The notes: generated by a model not told the origin, from the letters alone. 50,323 nt of DNA from Thraustochytrium aureum (GCA_012862495.1 BLSG01000168.1:33949-84271); one strand, 5' to 3'; positions 10,226-22,231 are shown, numbered from the stretch's first letter. Program-made: numbers and translations.

Positions 10226-12119
10226 CAATGCGTGGGCTTGCTCGCCGCAGCGTTGCGGTCTGCCGGAGTCTGCCACGGCCGCTGTGGGGAACCGGGTCGC
10301 TCCCTCGCTCAAGTCGCGCGGAGGATGCGGCTGAGCTTTGTCGTTGTTTTTGCTCTGCGGCAGCGGCGGCGAGTATGTTGGACAGCCGACGGGGTTTTGG
10401 GGTCCGGGCTGCTGTTGCTCTCGTGCTGGGCGAGCGGGAGCCGCGAGGAGGTTCCTCGCAAGCTCTCCTTGGCGGACGGCGCTTTGCCAGCAGATGCGCG
10501 TGCGCGGCCGCTGGCGGTGGCTAGTCCCTGTGGGGTTGGCGGGCGCCCGGGCGTGCGCGAGCGCGATAGGTGCTTGGCGCTCGGTTGGTTTTGCTTGGGC
10601 TCGATCGATCGTCCTTCATTCTCACTCGCTCCACACTCCGCCTCACACTGCGCGTCTCAGCAGGGGCAGTGAGAGCGGAGGACCGTGCCAGAGGGGAAAT
10701 TCAAAACCCGCTGAAAGAAGACCGACCTCACAAGGCGCACAAGAGAGAGCGGCGGCACCTATGTCGCAGGACGGAGGCCCTCGCACTTTCGCACGAAGTT
10801 GTTGTCGCACTGCGCGTGAGGCCTGCTTTCCCGCCTTGGTGCCTGCCTCAGGTTTTCTGCCTGTTTTTGCCTGGCTCTCTGCCTGTTCTGCTCAAGAGCG
10901 CGTTTTGCCCCAGCGCCCGGTCGCACTTTTGCCTGCGCTTTCCTTGAGGAGAGCACACTAATCGTCACGAGTTCGCCACGAGTCACCTTGGACTCCCTCA
11001 CGTGCGGCTCGCTCTCTCCCTTTCGCTCCTCCTTTCCCGCTCTCTTTCGCCCTTTCCTTCGGCTTGCGTCTCCAGTGCATGCGTTGCACGAGCCCCTCTT
11101 TAGGTGTGCATGCATGCCGGCATGTCAAAATGTGCAGCCCAACTTACGAAAGATTGCACGCTGTGACGAGGCACGGGCGACGCCGACTCCCAGCTTTGGA
11201 AATACCGATGAACGAGAGGTACCCACTCGAAATGCACTCCTCACCAGCTCGCAAAAACTCTTCCTCGAGTGCGGTGCAGACTGTGCAGTTGCTACAGTGG
11301 GCAGCGTGCGCCTCGAAAGCCACCCGAGGGTGGAACCAGGCCAAGGGGGATTGATGTGAACCGAGTCGAATCCTCGTCAAGTCCATCGCGGGCTTCGGAC
11401 ACGGCCTGCCAGTGCACGCACGGCTGCCTGCCAGCACCATCCCTTCCGTTTCGGCGGCCCAAGCACTTTACCAAGGCAGCTAGCAGCCAGCCAGGTGTGG
11501 ACCGTCCAAGTGCGCCAGGAGAATTCAAAATTCATTTTTGTCGCATCCCAACCAAGGTGTGAATCCCCACGGCAAAAGGTTGCCAAATCCACTTTTTCAC
11601 ACGCGGCGCGATCGAGCTGCGGAATTCGGCGCTGATGTCGCGGAAGGCACGCGACCAATGTCTCCTTTCTCGCCCACGCTCGCGCAAGTGGCGCTGCTCC
11701 TTGAGCGCACGCGCCCCGCCCAGTCCATGTGGACTTGCCACACGATGAAAACTGGGCATGCGGCCCCAGCGAGCGCTATTCGCACTAGAGCACACGCCGA
11801 CGCCTTGGCGATCGCGGTCAGATCTGCCGCTTGCTTTTGTTTTATTAAAAAAACGGACAAGGACACCTCGCGGGCGATCTCCCGGCGGCTTGGGAGATCC
11901 CAATTCGGACAGCGGCGTGGAGCGGCGCCTGCGGAGACTTGGTGCAGCCAATTGGTAGCACAATTCGCGCGGCTATTCGCTCTATTCGCTCAGTGCCAGC
12001 AACAAGGACGGCGTCGAGGCCGTTGGTTTGCATTGTTTCGTTGGGGGTTTTGCTCCTATATACTCGCTCACGCTGCCCGTCGCTCTCGCGCCTTCCACTG
12101 GTGCTCTAGCTAAATCCAT

Positions 12120-12850
12120 TCAGTATGTCCAAACGCCGTACGCGACCACAACAGCGAACAAGCTCTCGTTCGAGTAGGACTCGCTCGCAGAAAAGTCTGT
12201 GTTTGCGTCCCACATCGACCGCGTACCAAACCTGCGCGAAAAACCAACCATTGGTACAGCCTCTGTCAGCATCCCAAGCGATCGACCGCGGAGACCGAGC
12301 TGGAACTCACCGAACGCCTTGTCCGCGCTTCTCGCCAATAAGAGTCTGCACGATCACCTTGTATCTGTTGAGCTTGAGGTCTGGGAGGGGGACTCGCCAG
12401 AAACTGTCAGAGACCTACCGCACGATGATTGGATTCATGCTCGGAGCCGTTGTGGGCCATCATGATCAGTGATCACTGGCGGTCTAGCAACTCACCTTTG
12501 ATGCGATTCTTCACTTCGTCCGAGATCTCTTTCGTCCACATCGAGCTTTGGTCTGACTGGTATGTCTGCTCGGCCAAAACAGATTGCAAGACCTCTTGGA
12601 TGATCGCCTTCACTCGCCCAACCGGGAACCTGTTCAAACACGCCACGTGCGCAAAACCCGTCAGAGTTGGTTCTGCCGCAGATTTGCCAAGGTCGATGCA
12701 CGCCGGGGTGGCGCTGGAGCGTGGCTGCATCGAGTTCAAAGGCCTCGCCAAGGACAGCACCCCGACTAGCCCCACTTACTTTTCCTTGTACGTCAGCGTT
12801 GTCTGGTACGTGTTCTCCATGACCATGCGCTTTGTGCGGTGGTCCGCCAT
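12120..12850 (-). CDS. TCTEX1D2: Tctex-1-family dynein light chain (TCTEX1D2/Tctex2b-like); exons 12850-12780, 12629-12496, 12380-12311, 12231-12120
   Basis: Spliced product MADHRTKRMVMENTYQTTLTYKEK/FPVGRVKAIIQEVLQSVLAEQTY...WTKEISDEVKNRIK/DLKLNRYKVIVQTLIGEKRGQGVR/FGTRSMWDANTDFSASESYSNESLFAVVVAYGVWTY*. The three GT-AG introns have consistent phases. Confidence 0.88.
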
Positions 12851-13027
12851 TGCTCCGTCAACTCGCACTTCCGCGTCCTCGTTGCCCACCGTCAGCCCGT
12901 GCCGGGTTTTTGAGCGTGTCCGCGCGAGCGAGCCACGCGTGGGGAAGGCTGGCGAGGACCGTGTGCGCGCAGCGCAGTCGCTCTGCTGCTGCCCGTTCCT
13001 GCCTCGCACCTGCCTGTCTGCCTCGCA

Positions 13028-13063
<36 letters not shown>

Positions 13064-13077
13064 CTTGCCTGCCTGCC
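13028..13077. repeat. (CCTG)n microsatellite
   Basis: Directly visible. Confidence 0.95.
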
Positions 13078-13302
13078 CGCCTGTTGGGCCGTTTGGTCTT
13101 GCACGCGTCCCCCAGAGGGCGCTGGAGGCGAGCACGAGGCGCCTGTCGCCGTCTCGGAGAAACCAACGCATTGTTTAGGAGCACCATTATAACTCGATAG
13201 ACTGCGATTTATGTGCGCTGCGCCCCCTGCGCCTCGCGAAGCAACGCCCTCTGCTGCGCGAGGCAGAGATCCGTTTCGGCAGGCAGAAAAGGAGCAGAAT
13301 TC

Positions 13303-13304
<2 letters not shown>

Positions 13305-13334
<30 letters not shown>
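13305..13334. repeat. (AGC)n microsatellite
   Basis: Directly visible. Confidence 0.95.
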
Positions 13335-13335
<1 letters not shown>

Positions 13336-13822
13336 GCCGCAGTAGCAGTCGCGAAGGAGCCCCGGGCGAGCAGAGACAGCCGGGCAGCGCCAGGAGACGG
13401 CCCCGGGAGGCGCCCTCCGACTCGCCCTCGCAAGCAGCAGCGCGGAGCACCACCTTGCGCGCCTTGCCGCCCGCCCGAGGAGCAGCAGCAGCCGCCAGAA
13501 CCCNNNNNNNNNNNNNNNNNNNNNNNNNNNNNNNNNNNNNNNNNNNNNNNNNNNNNNNNNNNNNNNNNNNNNNNNNNNNNNNNNNNNNNNNNNNNNNNNN
13601 NNNNNNNNNNNNNNNNNNNNNNNNNNNNNNNNNNNNNNNNNNNNNNNNNNNNNNNNNNNNNNNNNNNNNNNNNNNNNNNNNNNNNNNNNNNNNNNNNNNN
13701 NNNNNNNNNNNNNNNNNNNNNNNNNNNNNNNNNNNNNNNNAAAGGCTCGGGGTCGCTACCAGGCACGCCGCGGACGGCGGCAAGCGAAAACCCCAAGCTC
13801 CCTGCCCAACAGACGCGGCACC

Positions 13823-16800
13823 ATGAGCGATCACGAGGAGTGGGACGCCGCGGCGCGGCAAGACCACGCCGACGAGGAGGGCGACGACCAGGACCTCACC
13901 TTCGAGGTTCCAACTGAACACGCCAATCCCAACGACAAAGACTTCGATGTCGACGAGGAGGAGGGGCACGATGGACGGGATCCTGCTGCTCGCCACGATG
14001 ATGACGAAGCCGCGAGTCAGAGCAGCTCGAGCTCTTCTTCGTCTTCATCAGACGAGGACGAGACCGACGACGAAGCTGAAGTGCCCTTGTTCGCCAACAG
14101 AGAGAACCGCACGCTGCACAAGCAGATCACCGTGATGGAGAGGAAAATCGAAGAGCTGCAGTCCAAGGTCGAAGAAGACGAGGACCGGAAGCGCGCCATG
14201 GAGGAGCACGTCAAAAGCGTCGAGCAAGAGTTCCGCCATGCAGAGCAGCTGCTTGAAGCGAAATCCAAGGAGCTTTTCACTGAGGAGCACATGAAGCAGC
14301 TCGCTGAGCGCGAAGCGGGCCGGCTGCGGTCCGAGATTGCCCGTTCAGATGGAAAGAAAGAGGAGATTCTCGCCCAGCTCAGCAGCGTGCAGAACGAGAT
14401 TTTCAAAGCCAACGACGCCATGGACAAGTTCAAGCTCAGCATGAACTACAACCAGGAAGAGCTGGAGCAGTGGACCTTGGCGATGAACCAGAACCAGGAC
14501 GACCAGCAGGCATTTGAGCGGTACATGAAAGCTGACGACGCCAAAGTGAAAGAGCTCAACTTTCAAATTGAGAAACTCACGCTCGAGCTTCAGGCAAAGA
14601 AGAAAGAGCTCGACGAAGAGGTCACAGAGACGCAGGCCAAGCAGATCGAGCTGGACAAGACGGCCGAGGAGTTTCGCGCCAGGCACAAAGAGCGCCAGGA
14701 GGTCCTGCGTCAGTGGCAAGACGCGATCGCGCAGGTCAAGGCGCGCGACGAGGAGATTCAGCGCGCAGGCCAAGCATATGCGCGCGCCAAGGAAGACCTG
14801 CGCCAGGCTCGAAAGGAGCTCGAGGCAGAGAAGGCGCGCCTCGAGCACCTGCAGCAAGACTGCGTCGAGATGGAGAGCAAGTCGAAAATGGTCGACAGCG
14901 TGCTACAGAAGAAGCGAAACGACGAGGTGGACGCCAAACAGCGCATCGAAACCTTTCGCGCCGAGGTTGAGCTGCTGAAGACTGAGGTGGCCAAGGCCTC
15001 GGACGAGGTGCAGCGCGAGCGCCAAAAAGTTGTCAACAGCAAGTTGGCCATTGAGGAGGCCAAAGGCAAGCTCGAGGCGGCGCGCGTCCGCCTCCAGCAA
15101 GCCAAAGTCGACCTGGACGAGGCAAAGGGCATCAACAAGGACGCTGAACTCAGCGCCACCGCCGCCGAGGAGGTCGTCAAGGCGCGCGAGGCCGAGCTCA
15201 AGGCCATCGAAACCAACTTGGCCGCGCTCAAGGATGCCATGTTTCGCGAGTCAGAGGCGCTCTTCCAGTTTCGTCAGAAGGAAGCCAACCTGCTCGCCGA
15301 GATTTCGGGTGCGCTTGCAACAGGCAAGAATCTGAGCTACGAAATCAAAAAGCTCGACGAGGAGTCACTACGGCAGAAGGAGCTCGTGTACACAGCCGAG
15401 TTTCAGATCCAGCAGCTCGAGCGACGGGTGGCACGCGCCAAGGGGGTGCGCTCCGACGAAGAAAAGAAGGTGCTCAACAAGCGAATCGCGCAGTGCCAGA
15501 GCGAGCTCGAGGCGGCCCAAACGCAGCACACCATGCTCGTCAGCCAGGTCAAGAACCTCGAAGACGAGCTCCGCACGACAATGCGCACCGCGCAGTCCAC
15601 CGTGGCGCGCCGCAAGGAACTCGCGAGCCGGCTTGACGAGCTCAAGCTCGAGAACGGTAGCGCGGAAAGCACGCTGTCGGCGATCATGAAGAAGAAAGAG
15701 GATGTCATGGTCTCGAACGACCTCATGAAGCTCCAAGTCAAGGGGCTTCGCGACCAGCTCACCGACCGAGCGGACAAGGTGTTCGGGCTCGAAAACCGCA
15801 AGTTCCAGCTCGAAATGAGCATGCAAGAGCGAAAAAAGGAGATCCAGGTGCACTCGGACATGCAGCGCGCTCGCGCCAAGATCGCCGAAGAAGAGCGCCA
15901 CAAGATTGCCATGGAGGCACAAGAGTGCAAACTCAAGGTGAGCAAGCTCGAGAAAAAGTACAGCACCATCTGCAAGAACGGGGGACAGGGTGAGGGCGGC
16001 GAGGAGCGTAGCCAGGCGTATTTCGTCATCGCCGCCGCGCAGAAGCGTGAGGAGCTTCAGCGCGAGGGTGACGAGCTCGACGCCAAGATCNNNNNNNNNN
16101 NNNNNNNNNNNNNNNNNNNNNNNNNNNNNNNNNNNNNNNNNNNNNNNNNNNNNNNNNNNNNNNNNNNNNNNNNNNNNNNNNNNNNNNNNNNNNNNNNNNN
16201 NNNNNNNNNNNNNNNNNNNNNNNNNNNNNNNNNNNNNNNNNNNNNNNNNNNNNCAACATCAACTCGCTCAACTCGCAGTTCCGCAACGCAGCGCACCGTG
16301 CCGACCCAAAGTCCGAGGAGGCGCAGGAGCTCAAGCGCGTGCTGGAGGAGGCCAAGGCTGCCAAAGACACGGCCTTCAAAAAGAAGAAGGAGCTGCAGCG
16401 CCTAACGTGTGACCTCGAAGAGGATGAGCGCCGCATTCGCCAGCTCAACGAGCAAGCGCAGACAGCCGAGGATAACCGCAAGCACCTCGAGCGCACACGA
16501 GAGCAGGTCTCTGCTGAACTCGTCGAGCAGGCCAGCGCGCTTGAGCGGGCGGCCCAGAAGGTGCGCGAGCATGCCCAACATCATCGCGCTTCGCTCGGTG
16601 CGCCTGCGGACCGAGAGACCGTCTTTGAGACGCTGTTCCAGGTAGAGATGAACAACCAGACCCGCGACAGCGTGCTGTTCACTCTAGGGCAGCTCAGCAA
16701 GGAGTTTCCCGAGATGGAAGACGACATGCAGACGCAGCTTGGACGCTTTGGCCTCACTATTCCGTCGGCGCCACCAAGGACGCCGGCGAGCACGGTGGGG

Positions 16801-16833
16801 GGCGGCTCGTCGCTTGATCCGGCGTTGTATTAG
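13823..16833 (+). CDS. CCDC39: Coiled-coil domain-containing protein 39 (FAP59; axonemal 96-nm ruler), interrupted by the N gap 16091-16253
   Basis: Long coiled coil with the family motifs MNYNQEELEQW, TETQAKQIELDKTAEEFR and EERSQAYFVIAAAQKREELQREGDELDAKI. It continues after the gap to the stop at 16833. Confidence 0.92.
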
Positions 16834-17025
16834 TAAGGTAGTTGCTTTTGCAATTCCAGAGACGGTGAGCGTCCGGTTCCGTTTATTTTCCTCTTGTTGT
16901 TCATGAAATCAAGAGCATCGAGTCCGAGCTGTGGACCCAGCGAAATCCCCACGAGCCAACAGCTTTAAAAAAAATCTTTCGAGGCAAACGTCCACTGATT
17001 CTGCAGGGTTTCGAAAACCTTTACG

Positions 17026-17469
17026 CTATTCGCGCTGCTTGCCTCCGCGCGTCGTGGCGCTACGACGGCGGGGCGCGGTTTGCTCTGGCGGGCCGTGGCG
17101 CTCAGATATTGTCGGCCCTGGGAGCATGCTGCAAGTCCCATGTGCAAGTGCCCGAGCGATGGGCTCTGCATGCGTTTCTGCCAAGTGAGCCATGTATGCT
17201 CGGGTTGGCGAGAACGGCCGTGCCGACTTGCCCTCGCGTGCCCTGACGGTTGGCGACCCCGCGCCTGCCTTTGCGCTGCTCTTTTTGCCGCTCTCGCAAA
17301 AGAGCATGTCCAGCCTCCTCTGGTTGAAGGCTTTGACGCAAGCAGCACTATTCCGTCCAAACGGCGGCGGGGGGCTCGAGTCGCAGCTGCCGACCCAGCC
17401 GCCCTCGCGAGGCTGCGTGTGCGTCTTGCCGCTCAGCAGCAAGAGATCAAGCAGCGCTGACTTGTCCAT
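17026..17469 (-). CDS. Hypothetical protein (MDKSALLDLLLLSG...)
   Basis: ATG-initiated ORF of about 147 aa in an otherwise empty interval; no recognisable domain. Confidence 0.25.
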   Translation of the reverse strand: MDKSALLDLLLLSGKTHTQPREGGWVGSCDSSPPPPFGRNSAACVKAFNQRRLDMLFCESGKKSSAKAGAGSPTVRAREGKSARPFSPTRAYMAHLAETHAEPIARALAHGTCSMLPGPTISERHGPPEQTAPRRRSATTRGGKQRE

Positions 17470-17709
17470 GGCGCCACGGTCGCGGCAGCCTGCTGCGCGA
17501 CTGCCGCCGCGTCCAAGCGCGCCGCAGTCGCTCGGGAACGGATCTATTGAAATTTTATGGGTGCGTTCTCGTTCTTCCCTTTGCAACTCTCTCGGTGGGT
17601 GTGTGCTCGTTCTTCTTTCCATTGCGAGATGAGTTTTTTGTGAGACTCGTGTTGGACGCAGGCAGTGCATGATCTTGGCCTCATCAAGTTCGCATCACTT
17701 GCGCCACAT

Positions 17710-17757
17710 CCATCCTCCCATCCTTCCATCCTTCCATCCTTCCATCCTTCCATCCTT
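17710..17757. repeat. 8-bp tandem repeat (CCATCCTT), 6 copies
   Basis: Directly visible, near the largest N gap. Confidence 0.95.
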
Positions 17758-18520
17758 CTGCTTGGCAGGCGGGCTGCGCGCAAGGCGCTGCGCAGGGCAG
17801 GGGCATCGAGACNNNNNNNNNNNNNNNNNNNNNNNNNNNNNNNNNNNNNNNNNNNNNNNNNNNNNNNNNNNNNNNNNNNNNNNNNNNNNNNNNNNNNNNN
17901 NNNNNNNNNNNNNNNNNNNNNNNNNNNNNNNNNNNNNNNNNNNNNNNNNNNNNNNNNNNNNNNNNNNNNNNNNNNNNNNNNNNNNNNNNNNNNNNNNNNN
18001 NNNNNNNNNNNNNNNNNNNNNNNNNNNNNNNNNNNNNNNNNNNNNNNNNNNNNNNNNNNNNNNNNNNNNNNNNNNNNNNNNNNNNNNNNNNNNNNNNNNN
18101 NNNNNNNNNNNNNNNNNNNNNNNNNNNNNNNNNNNNNNNNNNNNNNNNNNNNNNNNNNNNNNNNNNNNNNNNNNNNNNNNNNNNNNNNNNNNNNNNNNNN
18201 NNNNNNNNNNNNNNNNNNNNNNNNNNNNNNNNNNNNNNNNNNNNNNNNNNNNNNNNNNNNNNNNNNNNNNNNNNNNNNNNNNNNNNNNNNNNNNNNNNNN
18301 NNNNNNNNNNNNNNNNNNNNNNNNNNNNNNNNNNNNNNNNNNNNNNNNNNNNNNNNNNNNNNNNNNNNNNNNNNNNNNNNNNNNNNNNNNNNNNNNNNNN
18401 NNNNNNNNNNNNNNNNNNNNNNNNNNNNNNNNNNNNNNNNNNNNNNNNNNNNNNNNNNNNNNNNNNNNNNNNNNNNNNNNNNNNNNNNNNNNNNNNNNNN
18501 NNNNNNNNNNNNNNCGCAGG

Positions 18521-19805
18521 ATGGTGCTGCGCGGGTCGGTGATTGCGCCACCCTCGCTCAACGACGCCGAGCTGGCCCTGCGGCAGGTAAGTACCAGGCT
18601 AGAACGCGTCGCGGCTTCCATGGAGCCGTGCCAAACCGATCGCTGACGGAGGCGGACGATCGCAGGCGGAGGACATTCTAAACCGCGCCAAGGAGGAGCT
18701 AGAAGCTGCCAAGCAGTCGGCCATCTTCACCCTCGATGAGGACAAGATCAACGATCTGAGCCGGGACGAGCTCGTCGAACTCGTCCAGAGGCTCCACACA
18801 AAGGTCAACGTCATGGAACAGCGCGAGAGGCAAGCACAGGCGAGCTACTTCCAGACGCAAATGCAGCTCCAGAAGACCATGACCAGCCTCGCGTGCGGCG
18901 GCGCCGCTGGCGCCATCGCGCGATCCACCGTCGCTCCGATCGATCGCATCAAGATCATGATGCAGACCGCCCATCTCCAAGGCAACGAGGCCAAGTACAA
19001 GACGATTGCCGGGTCGGCGCGTCAAATCATCGCGGATGAGGGCTTCACAAAACTGTGGCGCGGAAACCTCACCAACTGTCTGCGCGTCATCCCGCACACG
19101 GCCATCCAGTTCTCCTCGTATGACCAGTTCAAGGTTTTGCTCGTTGGGGACGAAAAGATGACCGTCCCGACGCGGCTGATGGCTGGCGCGCTTTCTGGGA
19201 TGACTGCGGCCACCGTCACCCACCCCATGGACGTCGTGCGCATTCGCTTGCAAACACAAGCCGAACTCAAGGGCATGATGGACGCCTCTCGCAGCATCAT
19301 GGCCGAGAACGGCATCCGCGCCTTCTACAAGGGGTACACTCCGGCGATGCTCTCGCTCTCGCCGTTCATAGCCATCAACTTTGCCACCTTTGACACGCTC
19401 AAGACCTGGTACTTTGGGGATAAAAAGATGACCAAGAAGGAGCTCCAGCAGCGCAACCCGGCCGCCATCCTCGGTCTCGGCGCCGCCGCCGGCATCTTTG
19501 CGCAGACAGCCTGCTACCCGCTTGACACGGTGCGCCGCCGCATGCAGCTGGCGGGCCGGCACTACACGTCAACTGCAAACGCCTTCTCGACTATTGCGCG
19601 CGTCGAGGGGATGAGCGGCTTTTACAAGGGCATGTCAGCCAACGCGCTCAAGGTCGTGCCGAACAACGCCATCCGCTTCGCCGCCTACGAGGTCCTCAAG
19701 AGCTACTTCATGAGCGACGAAGCGCTCAAGAAGACGACCGTCTGGCGCTCGCAGCGCTCGCAGCGCTCGCAGCACACGGTCGCCCCTGCCGCTTCTGCCT
19801 CTTAG
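18521..19805 (+). CDS. Mitochondrial carrier family (SLC25) adenine-nucleotide-type carrier with an N-terminal helical extension; intron 18587-18665; further 5' exons may lie in the gap
   Basis: Three carrier signatures PIDRIK, PMDVVR and PLDTVRRRMQ, plus LWRGNLTNCLRVIP. The upstream exon MVLRGSVIAPPSLNDAELALRQ splices via CAG|GTAAGT...GCTGAC...GCAG| in frame to AEDILNRAKEELEAAK... Confidence 0.92.
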
Positions 19806-20413
19806 GCCAGCTCGCCTCCACGGCCGCACGGCCTTCCGCTGCTCATGGGAACGCGATTGTGGGCCGTGCGCGGCCCGTAGTACTTGATAGGGCGTTGCGG
19901 GCTCCTGCACGTTCCTCATTTAGAGCCGACCCGGGCAGCGGATATTCCGCGTTGAGACCACGAGGTGGCCCTGACGCATTGAACAGCTCTCCCAAAGCAA
20001 CCATTCCTTTTGAACAAGAGCCGCATCTCCCTCCCACTCCAAGGCCTTTTAAACAACAACGCCAATTTTGTCATCCCCAGCGGGCCGCGCTGCGCTCCCA
20101 GGACGGTCGATGCCGATCCCGGTTAAAAAGCGAACCGCAGCAATGTGCTGCTAGGCAGGGCCGGCAAGTCCTCACTCGAAAGCTGTGCACTCGGTCTCTC
20201 GCAGAGTCGATGCTCAAGGCCAACGGTTGGAACCTCGACGCAGGTCTGGGCCGTGGATCGCTCACGTTGGTTGCCGAGGAAGGCGCGGCGGAGCCAGAGC
20301 CGGAATCGAACGCAGTGCCCCCAAGCCCATCGGAGCTACCCCGCACCCTGCAAGCCACCATGCGAGTTTCTGAAGAGACAACCAAACGCGAAGCCGCACA
20401 ACGGCACGCAGAG

Positions 20414-21605
20414 TCACCCGACTCGCCTCCGCGGTGCATCAAGAACACTCTCCCGGACTGCAGACCAAACGAGGTCAAGAGCGCGCTCCTGCTCAACGGT
20501 GGCACATGGTAGCGCTTCCTGGTTCGCATTTGGAGAGGAATTCAGCGCGCTGCGAACAGCGTCAACGAGGTTTGCCTCGTCAGCAACCCACACAAGCCTG
20601 CTGACAGCAGTCCCCATGCGATCCCGCTCTGCGGCTACGCCGACTAGCACAGCGTCGCAACCCGCCCGCAGCGGCTCGAACACGTTGTGGCCCACGTGCG
20701 CCGCGCTTGATGGAAGCGAGCCGCCAACAAGGGCGACCTTGACGCTGGCGTAAAGGTCTTCCAAAAGACCCATGCGGTCCACAACGACCACGCAAGGCCC
20801 ACGCAGCTCTGCGAGCTCGCAATCCTCAAGCGCGTCCCACCGCAACACGGGCCCAACCGAGTCGCCAACCTCCCGGAGGACCAGTTGCTCAACATCCAGC
20901 GCTCGCTCCGGGTTCGCGGAGCGATGACAGTCAACAGCTGGGACTGGTTCGACCCAATCAACGCCTCGGTTACCAGCTGATAGTGCGCCCGGGCTGCCCA
21001 TTGCTCTTCGCCAGGATGCGTCGAGGCCGCGATCCATGCGCGGCCACGCGCAGCCCCGAGCCAGCGGAACGCAGCGCTCGATCGAGCGTGGTGCGATGTG
21101 TGCTCGGCCAAGTTAGTGCTGACGTCGCTTTTCAGGTCCGCTGGGAGAGGAAGGCGGGCTGCCTCTACGTTAAGGGCTTTGGCAAGACGATGGCGCTGGA
21201 AGGCCGACCGCGCGACAATCACTTGGAACGCGACCAAAATCTCACGCAGAGCTGCGCTGCTCGCATCTCTGCGGGTCCACCGCGCAATGGACCTATCCGA
21301 GAGGCCGCCCTGCACAATGCACAGCCGAATACCTCGCCGCTGCGCCTCGTGAATGAGGGTAGGCCACAGCTCAGATTCAACAAAGACGCCGGCATGAGGC
21401 CGCCAAGCATCAAGGAACCCGCCGACTTGGCCAGGCGTGTCAAGGGGCGCGAACCCCAGCGACACGCGACCGGCTGCTGCGGTGCCGATGCCGCCCAAGA
21501 CGCGTGGCACGACGCCAAGCACAGAACCTGAGCTGAAAGAAATCACCACATGGTCAAGCCCCCCGGCCAGCGCCCGCCGAACGACGCCAACGACGCTGAG
21601 GACCT
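20414..21605 (-). CDS. kdtA: 3-deoxy-D-manno-octulosonic acid (Kdo) transferase, GT30; frameshift near 20913; 5' end in the N gap
   Basis: APLDTPGQVGGFLDAWRP, FVESELWPTLI, GGLSDRS, WIAASTHPGEE, IAPR[N]PER (restored by one base) and DRMGLLEDLYA...ALVGGSL...GHNVFEP are WaaA/KdtA hallmark motifs. Confidence 0.9.
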
Positions 21606-21868
21606 NNNNNNNNNNNNNNNNNNNNNNNNNNNNNNNNNNNNNNNNNNNNNNNNNNNNNNNNNNNNNNNNNNNNNNNNNNNNNNNNNNNNNNNNNNNNNNN
21701 NNNNNNNNNNNNNNNNNNNNNNNNNNNNNNNNNNNNNNNNNNNNNNNNNNNNNNNNNNNNNNNNNNNNNNNNNNNNNNNNNNNNNNNNNNNNNNNNNNNN
21801 NNNNNNNNNNNNNNNNNNNNNNNNNNNNNNNNNNNNNNNNNNNNNNNGGCTCGACGCGTCTCTGCGCG

Positions 21869-22231
21869 ATGGCGGCTTGGGACGACGTCGATTTGCTCGA
21901 CATGGAGTTCGACGCGGCGGAGGACATGTACTCGTACCCCTGTCCCTGCGGAGACAAGTTTATCATGCCCGTGGAGGACTTGCTCAATGCGGAGGAGCTC
22001 GCGCCGTGCCCGAGCTGCTCGCTGCTGCTGCGAGTGCTCTACGACCCCGACGAGTTTCTGGCGAGCGTTGAGGTCGTCGATGAAGACGGCAACGCTGCCG
22101 CCGCGCACACACCGCCGGCCGCTGAAGCAGCAGGTAAACAGATCGCAGAAGCGCTGGGCTCCAAGCTCTCGGAGATGCGGATCGACTCCGCTGGGTCTGG
22201 AAGCGACCGCGTAGAGGAGCAGGAGGGATGA
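21869..22231 (+). CDS. DPH3: Diphthamide biosynthesis protein 3 (CSL zinc finger, Kti11)
   Basis: MAAWDDVDLLDMEFD...YSYPCPCGDKF...APCPSCSLLLRVLYD matches the CSL zinc-finger pattern. Confidence 0.95.
   Translation: MAAWDDVDLLDMEFDAAEDMYSYPCPCGDKFIMPVEDLLNAEELAPCPSCSLLLRVLYDPDEFLASVEVVDEDGNAAAAHTPPAAEAAGKQIAEALGSKLSEMRIDSAGSGSDRVEEQEG

Noticed and set aside
10340..12113. Several 100-200 aa ORFs between the zinc-finger and Tctex genes
   Set aside because: Mostly non-ATG starts, no recognisable domains and no consistent splice structure; more likely regulatory or UTR sequence.
13741..13770. GTCGCTACCAGGCAC upstream of CCDC39 as an RFX X-box, and CCGTT as MYB sites upstream of ciliary genes
   Set aside because: The X-box match is poor, and 5-mers of this kind are expected by chance in GC-rich DNA.
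17544..18681. ORFs over 300 aa spanning the large N gap
   Set aside because: Their length comes from translated Ns and is uninformative.
19859..20529. ORFs between the carrier and Kdo transferase stops
   Set aside because: No recognisable motif; the interval is consistent with convergent 3' UTRs.
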